Shown here piece by piece: positions 24,843 to 37,499 of a stretch of 64,000 nt of DNA. Made by a program: the position numbers and the translations under genes. This DNA is from Okamejei kenojei (lineage: Eukaryota). Positions within the stretch are counted from its first letter, which is position 1. Each line of letters begins with the position of its first letter. The notes beneath the pieces are model-generated. The model saw only the letters and a program-made list of their open reading frames with translations. It was not told the DNA's origin and made no database searches. The stretch is taken from contig CM069132.1 in the NCBI GenBank assembly GCA_035221665.1, positions 75,268,001-75,332,000 on the forward strand, read 5' to 3'.

Positions 24843-25058
24843 AAAGTGCAGGAAGGAACTTCAGATACTGGTTTAACCCAAAGGTAGACACAAAATGCTG
24901 GCGTAACTCAGTGGGACAGGCAGCATGTTTGAAGAGAAGGAATGGGCGATGTTTCGGGTCGAGACCGAAAAAAGGTCTCGAAAAGAAACGTCCAATTACT
25001 TCTCTCCAGAGATGCTGCCTGTCCCATTGAGTTCCCCCAGCATTTTGTGTCTATCTTT
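24843..25058. mobile_element. Palindromic Penelope-tail mini-element with 13-bp TSD
   Basis: ATCAAAAGTCTGT at 24830-24842 and 25059-25071; two inverted tail copies form a ~170-bp imperfect hairpin (24885-25054). Confidence 0.85.
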
Positions 25059-25619
25059 ATCAAAAGTCTGTTTGAAGTGAGAGGTCTTAAAGAAGAAAGA
25101 AAAGCAGGAAGGCTGTGATTCATGGAGGGAATTTCTGGACTCAGCAACCTCATTTGAAGATGGCAATGATCAATTTGGCTCTCTCACTCCAGACGGTTTT
25201 GGCACACACATCAGTATTTACCAAAGCGTATGGGTGGATAGCTGATGCACTGCATTCATCTCAATGATGCCGAATGCTCAAAAGACAGCTAGAAGTCTAT
25301 TAGGAATTTTACTTCGGAGTCACATGAGTGATTCCGTGAAGAACCCCGTCTAGGCCGCATGCGCGTCAGTACGTCAGCTGCACTGGCGCAAGCACCAGAC
25401 TGGCAGGACAGAGCTCCTGCCAGCGGTAAGTTAAACCTAGAGGTAAGTTAGTTTTTACTCACATGGGGGTTTTTCAGGCAGGAGCCTCTCTTACAGAGGT
25501 ATTCCTGTCAGTTTCGCAGCTCGACGAGTGTACCGGTTAGGACTGAGGGGAAACCATGTCCGACCACGGAAGCGGATAACCGTCAAAAAGATCGGGTTAT
25601 GAGATAAGGAGCCGCTAAC

Positions 25620-26440
25620 AAGGCAGTCAGCGGCTCCCAGCTTGCGGGGATGCCGTGGAATGGCAAGGAAATAAAGCCAGAGTCGCTGACAGTGCAGTCA
25701 GCGGCTCCCATCCTGCGGGAATGTCATGGAACAGTAAGGAATTAAAGCCAGAGTCATTGACAGTGCAGTCAGTGGCTCCCAGCCTGTGGGGATCCCATGG
25801 AACGGCAAGGAAATCACGCCAAAGTCACTGACAGTGTGGTCAGTGGCTCACAAATGTTGGTCCACAGGCAAGGAATAAAATGGGACTCATTCAGCTCTAT
25901 TTGGACTCAGGTGAGTTGGGCTACAAAGGGTTTCTCTAAATAATAAAATGTATGTATGTCATAGTGTTTTTCTTAAAGTTATAAGCTAAAGGCAAAGTTA
26001 AAGTCATAGAAAGTTATTGTCATATGTCTCTGACAATGTAATCCTTGTTGTTTAGCACAAGTTGCTGTGAATTGTTTTAACCCTTCACAGGTAAAACTGT
26101 ACACTAAAAATGTTGATTTAATGAGCTTACACTGTAATAGCGCGGGCCTACGGGACAGGCTGCGCCAGCAGCACCTTGGATAGGGCTGCTTCATGTGTAA
26201 TAGTGCGGGCCTATGGGACAGGCCACGACAGCCGCGCCTGACAGGGCTGTTTCATGTATGAAAGTGCTCGTCTACGGGTGAGCCGTGCCAGCAGCGCCTG
26301 ATACAGGGCAGTTTCATTTGTGACATTAGCGGCCTACGAGAGATCCGTGCCAGCAGCACCTGGTTCAGGGCTGTTTCATGTCAAAAAGCGACGACCTTTA
26401 TGAAAGGCGGTGCCAGAAACACCTGGGACAGGGTTGCTCA
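25620..26440 (+). repeat. Two tandem-repeat blocks in the 5' part of the outer DIRS (~66-bp and ~62-bp units)
   Basis: CAGTCAGCGGCTCCC...AAGGAA..AAAGCCAGAGTC x4 at 25620-25880; GCCTACGGGACAGG..GCCAGCAGCACC..AGGGCTG x5 at 26140-26440. Confidence 0.85.
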
Positions 26441-29211
26441 AGTTCGCACATAATCTGCTACGTCCACGGAGTAGGGAGATGATTCTCCACCGGGGCTGGA
26501 AACGACTATCCCAAATACAGCAACTGTTGCTTACAGTGCTACAGCAGGGCACACGTCAACAGGAGGAGTGTCAGCGCCATCCTGAACAAAAAAGGCGCCG
26601 GCAGTATCTAGCAGAGAACTATTTGATAGTACCTTCATAGATGAGGATTAGTTTCGGACACCGACTCTGATGGTAAGGTGAGACAGAAGTTCCACCTCCG
26701 CAAGTCGCACCAGCAGCTCCAGTTACAGAGCTGCTACAGGTCTCCCTCTTGGAGGCAGAGACCAAGACAGGTCAGTATCCTGCTGACACTGAGTCTCAGG
26801 GTATGGCCCGTGGGGCATACCCCAAGGGATGAAGGGCACGTGTCAGAGGTACCTTTTTACGGGCAACAAAGTTGCCACCCAGCAGAATATTCTATTTGGG
26901 TATAGGTCCAATGGGTTCTTATCAGTATAATTATCCTGCGGCCTGCGGCAGTGCCTGTTTAGGGCTGCCTATGAATCACCCTCTCTGAGGAGGTAAGAGC
27001 AAAAGGTCAAGATATAACTGACACCAGGCTCTAAAGAAGTCAATAGAACATACTAAAGCACATATGTGCCGGCAGTGAACAGCGCCAACAGGGGGATGTG
27101 AGAGCCAGCCACTGAATCTGTTATTCAGGTAGGTCTATTCAACAGGGGAAGAAAACCTGGCAGATGAATCAATTGTCAGCGGGCAAAAGTCATTGTTTCA
27201 GAATGCACCCCAGGCGCTCATCAGCAGTAAGCGGTTCACTGGAGCTGGGGGCAGCATGATAGCTCAGAAATTCCATGCATCTTACCAACCCTACTCAACA
27301 AAATGGGTCCAGCACTTCCAAAATATGGGTGGTGCACCGTTCACGTTGTAATATTTACATTTGTTTTGTACAACACACAAAGGATAAAAACATCTGGTTG
27401 AGGCACAGTCGTAGCATTCCAAGCAAGTTTGGATTATGGCCTGGGTTATTTTTTAAAGTTAAGGTTCGGAAATTGGGCAAAAATTCTCATGCAAACCTCC
27501 CATGGAGTAAGACAGGATTGGCATGTTATTATGAAGAATGGAGAGTGTCGGGCATATGAACTTTCCGAATATGAAAACTTATTTTTCCTGACTAACAACA
27601 GATTCATAAGGGTCAAAGTTCCATGCTATGCAAATCCCATTACAGAGGTTATCAAAGGCAATATAACTGTACTAATAACAGTAAAGCTTTGTGGAATGGG
27701 ATAACCTGTTTGTTGGTCATTGGGATTTACCTTTAATTATTATTAGCCTTGACTCCACCCTGTGGCAAGAGATTGGAGTTAATAGCAACCTGTTATAAAA
27801 CTGAGTTTTATTTTCATCGAGAGTAATTGGCAATATTGCAGCTGTGTTTCAGTTGAGCAAATCAAGGAACTGATATCATTTAAGTAGCAACCTCTCAAAG
27901 GACAATTAGACCATTGTTAACAACCTAATGCTATTGTCAGCTGAAGCTACCTCTGTCACAATGATAAATAAACAGTATTCAGCATTGCTGAACATGACAA
28001 TAAACTCATTTGAATGAAACTCACTACAGGAGTGGGGTCAGTCGAATTCAGTTATTGCAAACTGATGATAAGAACTCTAAGGTGAAAAGTTCTGAATACC
28101 ATCTCTAGTTGGAGGTATTGAAGATTTGCATGAGTTACCAATTCTTCAATTGTTGGTATCAACTATATATATACAATAGATGCACCCCATGGGTAAGAGG
28201 CTATTGAGCGAATATACATATTCCACATGCTCAATTTCAAGTTGCTGCTCTATGATGGTGACATATGATAGTCACATGGCATTTAAGTAAAAGTATCCTG
28301 TAATAATTACCTAATCTCCTTTGCCACTGGTGTATCATCCAGTTCAGTTCGATGACAACACAGAATAGGAATTGGATCTCAAAGTATTATGAAAGTATGG
28401 TTCCATACTACATTGAATATCAACATGTTGGTGCATGTATATTCACTGATTGCAAAAATATGTGGCACAACAGTGCGGAGAAATACATTCTCGCTACAAA
28501 AGGAGGAATGTTCTTTATGTTTTTCTCCATTTTTTGCCTCATTAGCTGGGTCTTAAAACAGTCAGCGAGACCTCGCTTGGGTTTGTACTGTCAGACTGGC
28601 TAAGCAGCCATGTTGCCTACTTCATCAGGGATAATGGCACAACGGTATACGGTTATTCCAAAAAACAAAAAACTTGCTGGTTCAAACTGTGGTTCAGGAG
28701 ACCGGCCTTTGCACAATAAAACAATTATTGACTTACACATTTTGAATGGATTGACTTATGCCTCAGGTTGTCACATCAAGCTATGAATGTGCTCACTGCA
28801 GAGTGCAGGGATAGCACCCAAAAAAGCAGTACATTCCTATTGAGCAGGATCAGAAGTGATTTTGTTTAAATGTTAATGTTACATTTAATACGGTACAGAT
28901 TACTGACATTTTCCAGTTCATTCTTAAATGGTATTTGACAATAATTCAGTTATAGAGACACTACAGCTGAAACAAAAGGGAACTACTCTGTTAGGTTCAA
29001 CCTGGATGTCGAGTTGTTAAAAAGATCTTGACACAAGTTCGCCCACTACAAGATTATGCAGTTGGTTATTGAAAATGTGTGAACATTACTTCACCAAGGG
29101 CTTCCAGCTACATCCTTAGTTATGACACTAATAACAGCACAACGATGGCAAACATTGCAAATGCTATGGCTAGATAGGATGGAATTGGCTGCATGTGTCA
29201 TTACATTTTAC

Positions 29212-32200
29212 ATTTTACTTCGGACTCACGTGAATGATTACATGAAGAACCCCGTACAGCCATTCGTGCGTCATTGTGTCAGACGATTTCGTGCAGACGA
29301 CTGTGGAGCAGCGCAGCTCCTCCAACGGTAAGTCTAAAACTTCAGGTAAGTACTATTTCTTACCTGTTGTAGGTCTCCTGCAGGAACCTCCGAGGTTTTT
29401 GTGGGATGTTCGCGATGGCTGATGAGGGGAGCCTAGGGCTTTGGGGGAAAACCCTGGTCCAACCTCGGAAGCGGAGAGCTGGAAATGTCGGGTTCGCGAT
29501 CGGAGTCACTGATAACACGGTCAGTGACTCCACACGTTGGGTTCCCGGGGATGGGATACCCAAGAATGGTGCAGTTCCAGATTGCAGTAGTCCCTAGGGT
29601 ATGGGGCTAAACTGACTTGAACGGTCAGCCTAGGTTCCCGGTGGAGGGGAAACCAAAGTATGTGCGGTTCTAGACCGCATTAGTCCCCAGGAGATGGGGT
29701 TAAAACTAACCTAAACGATTAGACGTGGTTCCCAGTGGAGGGGAAACACAAGTATATGCGGTTCCCAGCACACAGTAGTCCCCAGGAAATGGGGTTAAAC
29801 TCACATAAATGATTTCCCGGGGAGGGAAATTCACCTATGGGGTTCCCAAACCATAGTAATCCCCAGGATATGGGGACAACTGACAAAAAATAGTCAGTAC
29901 AATTAGGAAAGATGGTGGGAGGTTTCCCCTCTGGGAATGAATTTAGAGACACTCCTTCAGCAGGAGTTGGGTCAGCGTGGCTTAATGTGAGAGCCGTGTC
30001 AGCAGTAAAGTTTATGGCATTGTCAGCCTATTGGAGAGGCTATGCCAGCAGCACCTTTGGGTAGGGCTGCTTTATGGGGATGCCAAGTTATGGCAGTGCC
30101 AGCCTATGGGAAAGGTTGTGCCAGCAGTACCTTTGTTCAGGACTGCTCATGGGGATGCCAAGCTATGGCAGGCTAGCCTATTGGAGAGGCTGTGCCAGCA
30201 GCACCTTTGCTCAGGGCTGCTTCATGAGAACGCCAAATCTATGGCAAATACTGGCCTATGGGAAAGGCCGCGCCAGCATCACCTTTGTTCAGGACTGCTT
30301 CATGGGAGCCAGCAGTTCCTTGTACAGGGCTGATTTATGGGAATAGCTGTTTAGTAGGGTATTCCCATTTAGGATAAGGCAATATAACAGAATGAGGACA
30401 AAAAAGCATTCAAAGAAAACTATTCACAGTTCAAAAATACTGGTTATGTATGTGTTAAAATCCACTGTTAAGTCTCAAACTATATTTGAGAAATTGGGCT
30501 CCTCTATCCAGTTAGATTAAGTTCCTATCAAATAGACTTGTAGGACATTGGGATTCACTTTTAGGTATTCAATTGGCCGTGACGCCGGCTGGGCAACAGA
30601 TTGCAGTCAATAGACTCTGGTAACAGTTGTTGTTATAAAACAGTTTTTCTAGTCGTTAGACTAATTGTTAATAGTATAGATGCGATTCAGCTGTGTAAGT
30701 AGGACAACTGTTATCTTGTTAAATGGTTAACTATTAAGTGCCATTTAGGTAATTGTTAACACACCTTATTATCACCAGCTGAAATTAATAAAGTCACAAT
30801 GATGGACAAACAGTATTCATTACTGCTCCAGTAGTTGCTAGGTAAATCTTTCATTATATTGCAAATTGGTGCTAATGGTCCTAAATGGTAAAGTGTGTCA
30901 GCAGGGCTTTGTAGCAGGCCTGCTTAATGTCTCCCTCATGTAGGAGGAGAGCATGCTGCATCAGTATTAGTCTGACGCTGGGGCCATGGCAAAGTCGGCG
31001 TATTGCTGAAGTTGCGCCAGCAGCACCTTCTAACAGGGCTGCTTAATGGCTCCCTCATGTAAGAGGAGAGCATGCAGGATTGGTATAGTCTAACACTGAG
31101 TCTGAGGGTATAGCCATAAAGCATGCCCAAGGGATACAGGGCATGTTCCAGAGGTCTATGCCTGGCAGGAAAGTTGCCATCCCAAACACATATGCAATGA
31201 ACACCACTCAGGGGGACATTACATTTGGCCGCCAAATCTTTTATTCAGGTAAGACCTTTCCATAGGTGAAACGTGATGATGGCATATGTTAGTCATGAGG
31301 GTGCAATCAGTTAAAGAATGGTTACATAATCTTGTTGGCACAGGAGAATCATCAAGTATAGGTTAATGGCAACACAGAATTGCAGTTGAATCACTCTGTA
31401 TTATGAAACTCTGGTTAAATGCAACACCTAATAAATATATATATATATAGTGATGATTTCATGTTTATTTCACTGGTTGCAAAATATGCGGCATAACAGT
31501 GGCGAAAGATACATTCTCGCTAAAAGGTGAAGGAAGGTCTTTTATGGATCCCTCCATTTTTGTTCAGCAATCAAGGCTTCAAATAAAGTCATTAAGAGGC
31601 CGCTTTACGTTCCTATTGTGTGATTATGCAAATTGATTCCCGAGTTATCGTGAATAATAATATAACCTTATTTGGTTATTTTAACGTAATTTTGCTGGTT
31701 CAGCCTGAGGCTTGGGAAATCAGTTGTTGCATGATAAACTCAAATTATGTTCTGCAGGTTTAATAAACTGCTCTAAGGTTTGGGTTGTAACATCTATCTT
31801 TCTATGTGTTCAAAGTGCTTGGATAGCACCAAACCGCAGTTTTTTTTTCCAGGCGATGAAATAGTTTGTTTATGCTCATGTTCCATTGAAAATGGTATAA
31901 ATTGCTAATGTTTGGAGTTCATGTTAAATGATCATTTGTTAATTATTGAGTTATACGGCCATTAATTGTGTCAATGAGCTTTCTCATTGAGTTGGCTGTA
32001 GCAAACAAGACTCGCTCTGTTGGGTCCACACCGGATATCAAGTGGCAGGATATCTTCAACATAGGTCTCCCAGGACCAGTACAATGCCATATGCGATGTT
32101 GACATTTATGAACACTATTTCACCAGGAGGCTCCAGCTATATCCATAAATTTGGCTGGAGTTTATTAGGTAGTTATCCTTCTGGCACTGGTTTAGTGCAG

Positions 32201-32727
32201 CAGGTTCAGTCGCCACATAATTGTGATGGTATAGGATGATTAAGTCTGTAAATTATAATATATAATATTATGTTATAAATACTTGAGCAGGCCAGAAGGG
32301 GGTCAGGTCTCAAAATTGTCACAGGCATGCCAGGGGACCTTTGATAAGGTAAGCACACATTTTTACAACAATATGTCAAGGTCATCAAGAGCCTTGGAGT
32401 TTCTGGACAAGCAATGTTGTTAATCACAAAAAAATTGGGAGAACTTATTTGTTCATGCCATTCCAGATGATAAAAACGGTGTTTGTGTTATGTAAGAATG
32501 GATTCTGATTTCAGATCTCATTCCACCAGGGCTGCTACAACATCAGCGGCAAGGGTATTTATGTTCCGCTATTATACTTCAGTCACTATTAGCTGTGATT
32601 TCACACCGTTGCTTTGAAATTGACGCATGAACGGCTGTACGGGTTCTTCACGTAGTTCCTCATCTTAACTCCTCATAAAATAAAGATCAAACTTCTAACT
32701 GGTAACTTCTCATTTAATCTTACTATT
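29212..32727 (+). mobile_element. Second DIRS1 element nested in the YR gene of the first
   Basis: Own left ITR ATTTTACTTCGGACTCACGTGAATGATTACATGAAGAACCCCGTACAGCC; right end ...GGCTGTACGGGTTCTTCACG...CTTACTATT; SHSTRAA remnant at ~32516. Confidence 0.9.
29520..30345 (+). repeat. Two tandem-repeat blocks in the 5' part of the inner DIRS
   Basis: GGTTCCC..GGAGGGGAAAC..AGTCCCCAGG units at 29520-29880; GCCTA.GGGAGAGGC.GTGCCAGCAGCACCTTTG units at 30020-30345, related to the second block of the outer element. Confidence 0.85.
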
Positions 32728-32833
32728 CTGGTCTACACAAGCAGAGCAGACCAGGGGTGGCATGATTTAAGATCATTTTTCGGATACCCCACGTTCTCAC
32801 GTCTATGTTATCAAGGCCACCAGAATCCTAAGT

Positions 32834-33055
32834 GTGGAATCAGCATTGTTTATTAATTGTTTATTAATCAACAAACAACTACACAAAGGAATGTCGGTTC
32901 AGACTATTTCAAGGTGGCTGCAGCAGGTTCTAGGTTATGCAGGTGTTAACACTGACAATTGTATATCTCATTCCACCAGGTCAGCATCAATGTCAGCGGC
33001 CAGGGCAATGGACATGCCCATCGACCATATCCTCGCGACTGCACGATGGTCAACT
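32834..33055 (+). pseudogene. DIRS tyrosine recombinase C-terminal fragment
   Basis: H-x-x-R catalytic motif (HSTR) and A.W.S box typical of DIRS YR. Confidence 0.85.
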
Positions 33056-33964
33056 ATATTGTTTTTAAATTTTTTTTCCATAGGCCCGTTACTGACCCGG
33101 GGGTTTGCCCATTCAGTTTGCGTCCACTTTAGCCTCCCCTGAGTTACAGGGGTTGCTATTGATTTATTTATTAACGTAAACCATTAATACATGTGAATCA
33201 ACATCATGCTAATGCATTTTGATTATTCACTCATCCCGAGTCAATCGATGCAGTGAGACACCGAGATTTCACAAAGCTTTGAAGTCTTCATGGAATCACT
33301 CATGTGACTCTGAAGTAAAATAGTAAGATTAAATGAGAGCTTACCAGTTTGATCTTGATTTTATGAGGAGTTAAGTTGGTGATTAGGTGCCCGCCACGCC
33401 CAACTCTCTGTCATAAAGATCATCTGGTAGTTCTCAAGTCGCGCATCTTACTATGTCACCGGTGATTGTTATTTGTGATTTCATACCACTGCTTTGAAGA
33501 TTGACGCGCATGCGACCTAGACGGGGTTCTTCACGTAATCACCAACGTAACTCCTCATGAAATCAAGATCAAACTTCAAACTGGTAAGTTCTCGTTTAAT
33601 CTGACTATTATTCAGTAGTTATACAATTAAGTGGAAGTAGCAACCATCTATTCAAAAGTCAAGTCAAGAGTCAAGAGAGTTTATTGTCATGTGTCCCATA
33701 GATAGGACAATGAAATTATATATATATATATATAGAGCAAGTCTTGAGAATATCTGTTCTAATGTACATTGGAAGCTGTAAACAGTTTGAAATTAATAGG
33801 TTGGCATTGTAAACAGATAGGCTGTCTACTCGCATGTCCGTGACTAGTTGTTGCATATATCAACTGCATGGAAAACGACATTGTACGTTATTGGTCTGCA
33901 TCAAACCAGAAATCTGCAGCTCAAATGATTTCACACCATTGTGATGAAGATGAAGGACACTTCC

Positions 33965-34275
33965 TGTTTAGTTTCGTTTAGAAATCCAACATGGAAACAG
34001 GTCCTTCAGTCCACCGAGTCCGTGCTGACCAGCAATCCCCATACACTAGCACTATCCTACACACAAGGGACAATTTACAATGTTACTCAAGCCTATTAAC
34101 CGGCAAACCCGTACGTCTTTGGAAGTGTGGGAAGAAAGCGGAGGACCCGGAGAAAACCCACGTGGTCATGGGGAGAATGTACAAACTCCATACAGACAAG
34201 ACTGTAGTCAGGATTGAACCCGGGTCTCTGGCGCTGTAAGGCAGCAACTCTACCATTGTGTCACTGCGCCGTCCC
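33965..34275 (-). mobile_element. V-SINE (HE1-like), near full length
   Basis: tRNA head (ggtagagttgctgccttacagcgccagagacccgggttcaatcc), V-domain, CR1-like tail and (CTAAA)n end. Confidence 0.9.
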
Positions 34276-34405
34276 TGCTGCTGTGCCACTGTGCCACCCA
34301 GACAGACTTCGTTTGGTCACTTGGCACATCAAGTATGGTCATGGAAGAGCAACAAGATCTTTTTTGTGCATTTCCTCTTTATGAGTTATTTCAAGGTTCG
34401 GTAGG

Positions 34406-35955
34406 TCCTTACCCTCAATAACTTCTCTTTTCACTCCTCCCATTTCCTCCAAACACAAGGCGTAGCCATGGGCACACGCATGGGCCCCAGCTACGCTTGC
34501 CTCTTTGTCGGGTACGTCGAACAATCCTTGTTCTCAGCGTACCAGGGCCCCATCCCCGACCTCTACCTCTGTTACATCGACGACTGCTTTGGTGTCACCT
34601 CCTGCACCCACACACAACTGACTGACTTCATCCATTTCACCACCATCCGGCACTCAAATACACTTGGACTATTTCCGACATTTCCCTACCATTCCTTGAC
34701 CTCACCATCTCTATTGCAGGTGATACACTCCTGACTGACATCCACTACAAACCAACTGACTCCCACAGCTACCTGGACTACTCTTCCTCCCACCCTGCTT
34801 CCTGTAAGGACTCCATCCCCTATTCCCAATTCCTCCGTCTACTCCGCATCTGCTCCCAGGATGAGGTGTTCCACACCAGGTCATCACAAATGGCCTCATT
34901 CTTCAGAGAACGGGGATTCCCCTCCCCCACTATAGATGAGGCTTGCAACAGGGTCTCCTCCATACCCCGCAACACTACCCTCTCTCCCCATTCCCCCATT
35001 CGCAAACAGGGCAGAGTCCCCCTGGTCCTCACCTTTCACCCCACCAGCCGGAAAATACAACACATAGTCCTCCGCCAGTTTTGCCACCTCCAACGTGACC
35101 CCTCCACTTGCCACATCTTCCCATCTCCCCCCTGACTGCCTTCCGCAAAGACCGCTCCCTCCGCAACTCCCTTGTCAATTCTTCCCTTCCCTCCCGCTCT
35201 ACCCCTTCCCCGGGCACTTTCCCTTGCAACCGCAAGAAATGCTACACTTGTCCCTTCACCTCCCCCCTCCACTCCTTTCAGGGACCCAAGCAGTCTTTCC
35301 AGGTCCGACAGAGGTTCACCTGCACCTCCTCCAACCTCATCTACTGCATCCGCTGCTCCAGATGCCAGATGATCTATATCGGTGAGACCAAGCGGAGGCT
35401 TGGCGATCGTTTCGCCGAACACCTCCGCTCGGTCCGCATTAACCAACCCGACCTCCCGGTGGCTCAGCACTTCAACTCCCCCTCCCATTCCGTATCCGAC
35501 CTCTCGGTCCTGGGCCTCCATGGCCAGAGAGAGCAACACCGCAAGTTGGAGGAACAGCACCTCATATTCCGCTTGGGGAGTCTGCATCCTTTGGGCTTGA
35601 ACATTGAATTTTCTCAATTCTGTTAACCCTTGCTGTCTCCTCCCCTTCCCACCTCTCCCTCAGCCCTCGGGCCCTGGCATTCCCTCTCTCTCTATCTCCC
35701 TCCCCCACCCTAGTCGCACCAGCTTCTCATTTTCACACCACAAACAGCTTACAATGGCTTGTTCCCTTTATCATCGAAACATTTTTGTATATCTTTCATT
35801 CATTGTTCTTTATCTCTCCACATCACCGTCTATATCTCTTGTTTCTCTGATCCCTGACCAGTCTGAAGAAGGGTCTCGACCCGAAACGTCGCCTATCTCC
35901 TTCGCTCCTTAGATGCTGCTGCACCCGCTGAGTTTCTCCAGCCTTTTGTGTACCC
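34406..35955 (+). mobile_element. Penelope-like retroelement, 5'-truncated, young, with 8-bp TSD
   Basis: GVAMGTRMGP..A.LF and YIDD RT motifs; GIY-YIG EN (CNRKKCYTC..NLIYCIRC..C..IYIGETKRRL..RF.EH); TCGGTAGG at 34398-34405 and 35956-35963. Confidence 0.95.
35863..35890 (+). ncRNA. Minimal hammerhead-ribozyme-like motif in the Penelope tail
   Basis: CTGAAGA-A-GGGTC/TC/GACCC-GAAA-CGTC: CUGANGA and GAAA cores, 5-bp stem II, palindromic ACGT, GUC triplet; stem I is weak. Confidence 0.6.
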
Positions 35956-36577
35956 TCGGTAGGATACATATACGTTACACAAGATACTATTTGTCCTGTA
36001 CTAATGCAAATGGCTGGATAGATCCTCAATCTCTACATTACTTAATCAAGTTGACAAAAACATTTTGATAAAGCATTGATAAAGCATTTATCGGGGAAAC
36101 AAAGGGTTTTGAAGAATAAAGCTCTAAGTAGTGGATTTTAAAACAAGTGAGGAATTGTTTTGCAGCCTTGGAGATAATTCCCCAACGTGCAGCTGAGCTG
36201 TGATTAACCAGCTCTGAAAGGTCTAGTTCAAAGCTGAGAAGTCTTAACAAAACAATTATTCAATATGAACTTTAAATGCATTGGTTTCTGTAATATGTAC
36301 TCTATATATCACTTTTATATTCTGAGAGCTTAGTATTTTGATATTCAGTCAAGTTCTGCTATTTCTACAGAATACATTTCCTTGGTGTAATCTCTAAACA
36401 AATTGCCCATTTAGAGCAACAGAGCGATAGAGAGCTATTGTATTTCCACTGCAAAGCATACTAAGTATTCATAGTTGTTATAATGAGTGATCCCTGTTTT
36501 TTGGTCGGTGATGAAGCAAACATGTTTGATGCTTAATGTAGTGATGACTACCCATACATATTTTATCGCAATTATAG

Positions 36578-36658
36578 CAGAGACTTGCTCTGATCCAGCA
36601 TCTGATTTTGTGCAGCACTTCGTGCACATTGCGGCATCAGTACATAAGCCAATATTCA
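36578..36658 (+). CDS. Candidate host exon (ETCSDPASDFVQHFVHIAASVHKPIF)
   Basis: NAGNAG acceptor attatag/cag; donor TCA|gtaagt; 81 nt, symmetric. Confidence 0.55.
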
Positions 36659-37499
36659 GTAAGTCTCTTCCTCACAGAGTCAAACAGAGCCTAAAGAAGG
36701 AAATATAAACTAGTACAGCAAGTGAAATAAAGACAGGGAAAGGCAGATGGCACAAGCTGCTGGAGGAACTCAGTGGGTCGGGAGGAAAGGGGACAGGAAT
36801 TATTTTGTTTTATTTCAAATTATATGGAATTTTTAAAAAAGATTTGCAGGCTGCATGTAAGTTTGTAATGATTTGCTCAGGAAGGCTGCAGCCATAATGT
36901 TTTTAGTCATTTTTAGCTGTGAATCTGTGGCCAGTTTACCACGGACTAAGCTGTTGCACTTGTTTGACATTTTTTACTCTTGGTTTTGATGTTCACAAGT
37001 GCACCGTATCACTATGAGCCCAGACGCTGTGGTTTAAGGCATGTATGCAGCTACTTTTAGTTGGTTGCTAATAATTAAAAGTCACCAATTACTTCACCAG
37101 TGAGCCTATTGTTCCGACTTTAACTCTTCAGCACAGAATAAGATCTGGACTGAATGTAACTTTTACTGCACATTAAAAGAGCATGGTCTATAAGCATTTA
37201 GATTTTTCTGTCTTCTAACGTACATCCATCTTTTTGTGAAAAATAGCTTAAATACTTATCAAATATAAATTTAATGTTAAAATTGCCATATACTGAGCGA
37301 AATAATGTAGAACATACAGCACAGCTCTTCAGCTCAAAACATATGAACATGATGCCATTTTAAACTAATCACACCTGCCTGCACAAAGTTAATATCCCTT
37401 CCAAGGTCCATATCCTACCTTGCCTGTTGATATGAATGTGTAAATGGCTCTCAAACATTGCACCGTATCTGCTTCCATCACATCCCTTGCAGTGTATTA

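Larger units (their letters stand above)
25306..33609 (+). mobile_element. DIRS1-type tyrosine-recombinase retrotransposon (outer, decayed)
   Basis: Left ITR ATTTTACTTCGGAGTCACATGAGTGATTCCGTGAAGAACCCCGTCTAGG; right ITR with extension at ~33500-33609; ICR at 33286-33385; YR remnant TISRWL...SHSTRSAS...IDHILATARWS. Confidence 0.93.

Noticed and set aside
25193-25235. Possible exon after ctctcactccag
   Set aside because: Frame and donor are ambiguous and cannot be placed in the chain with confidence.
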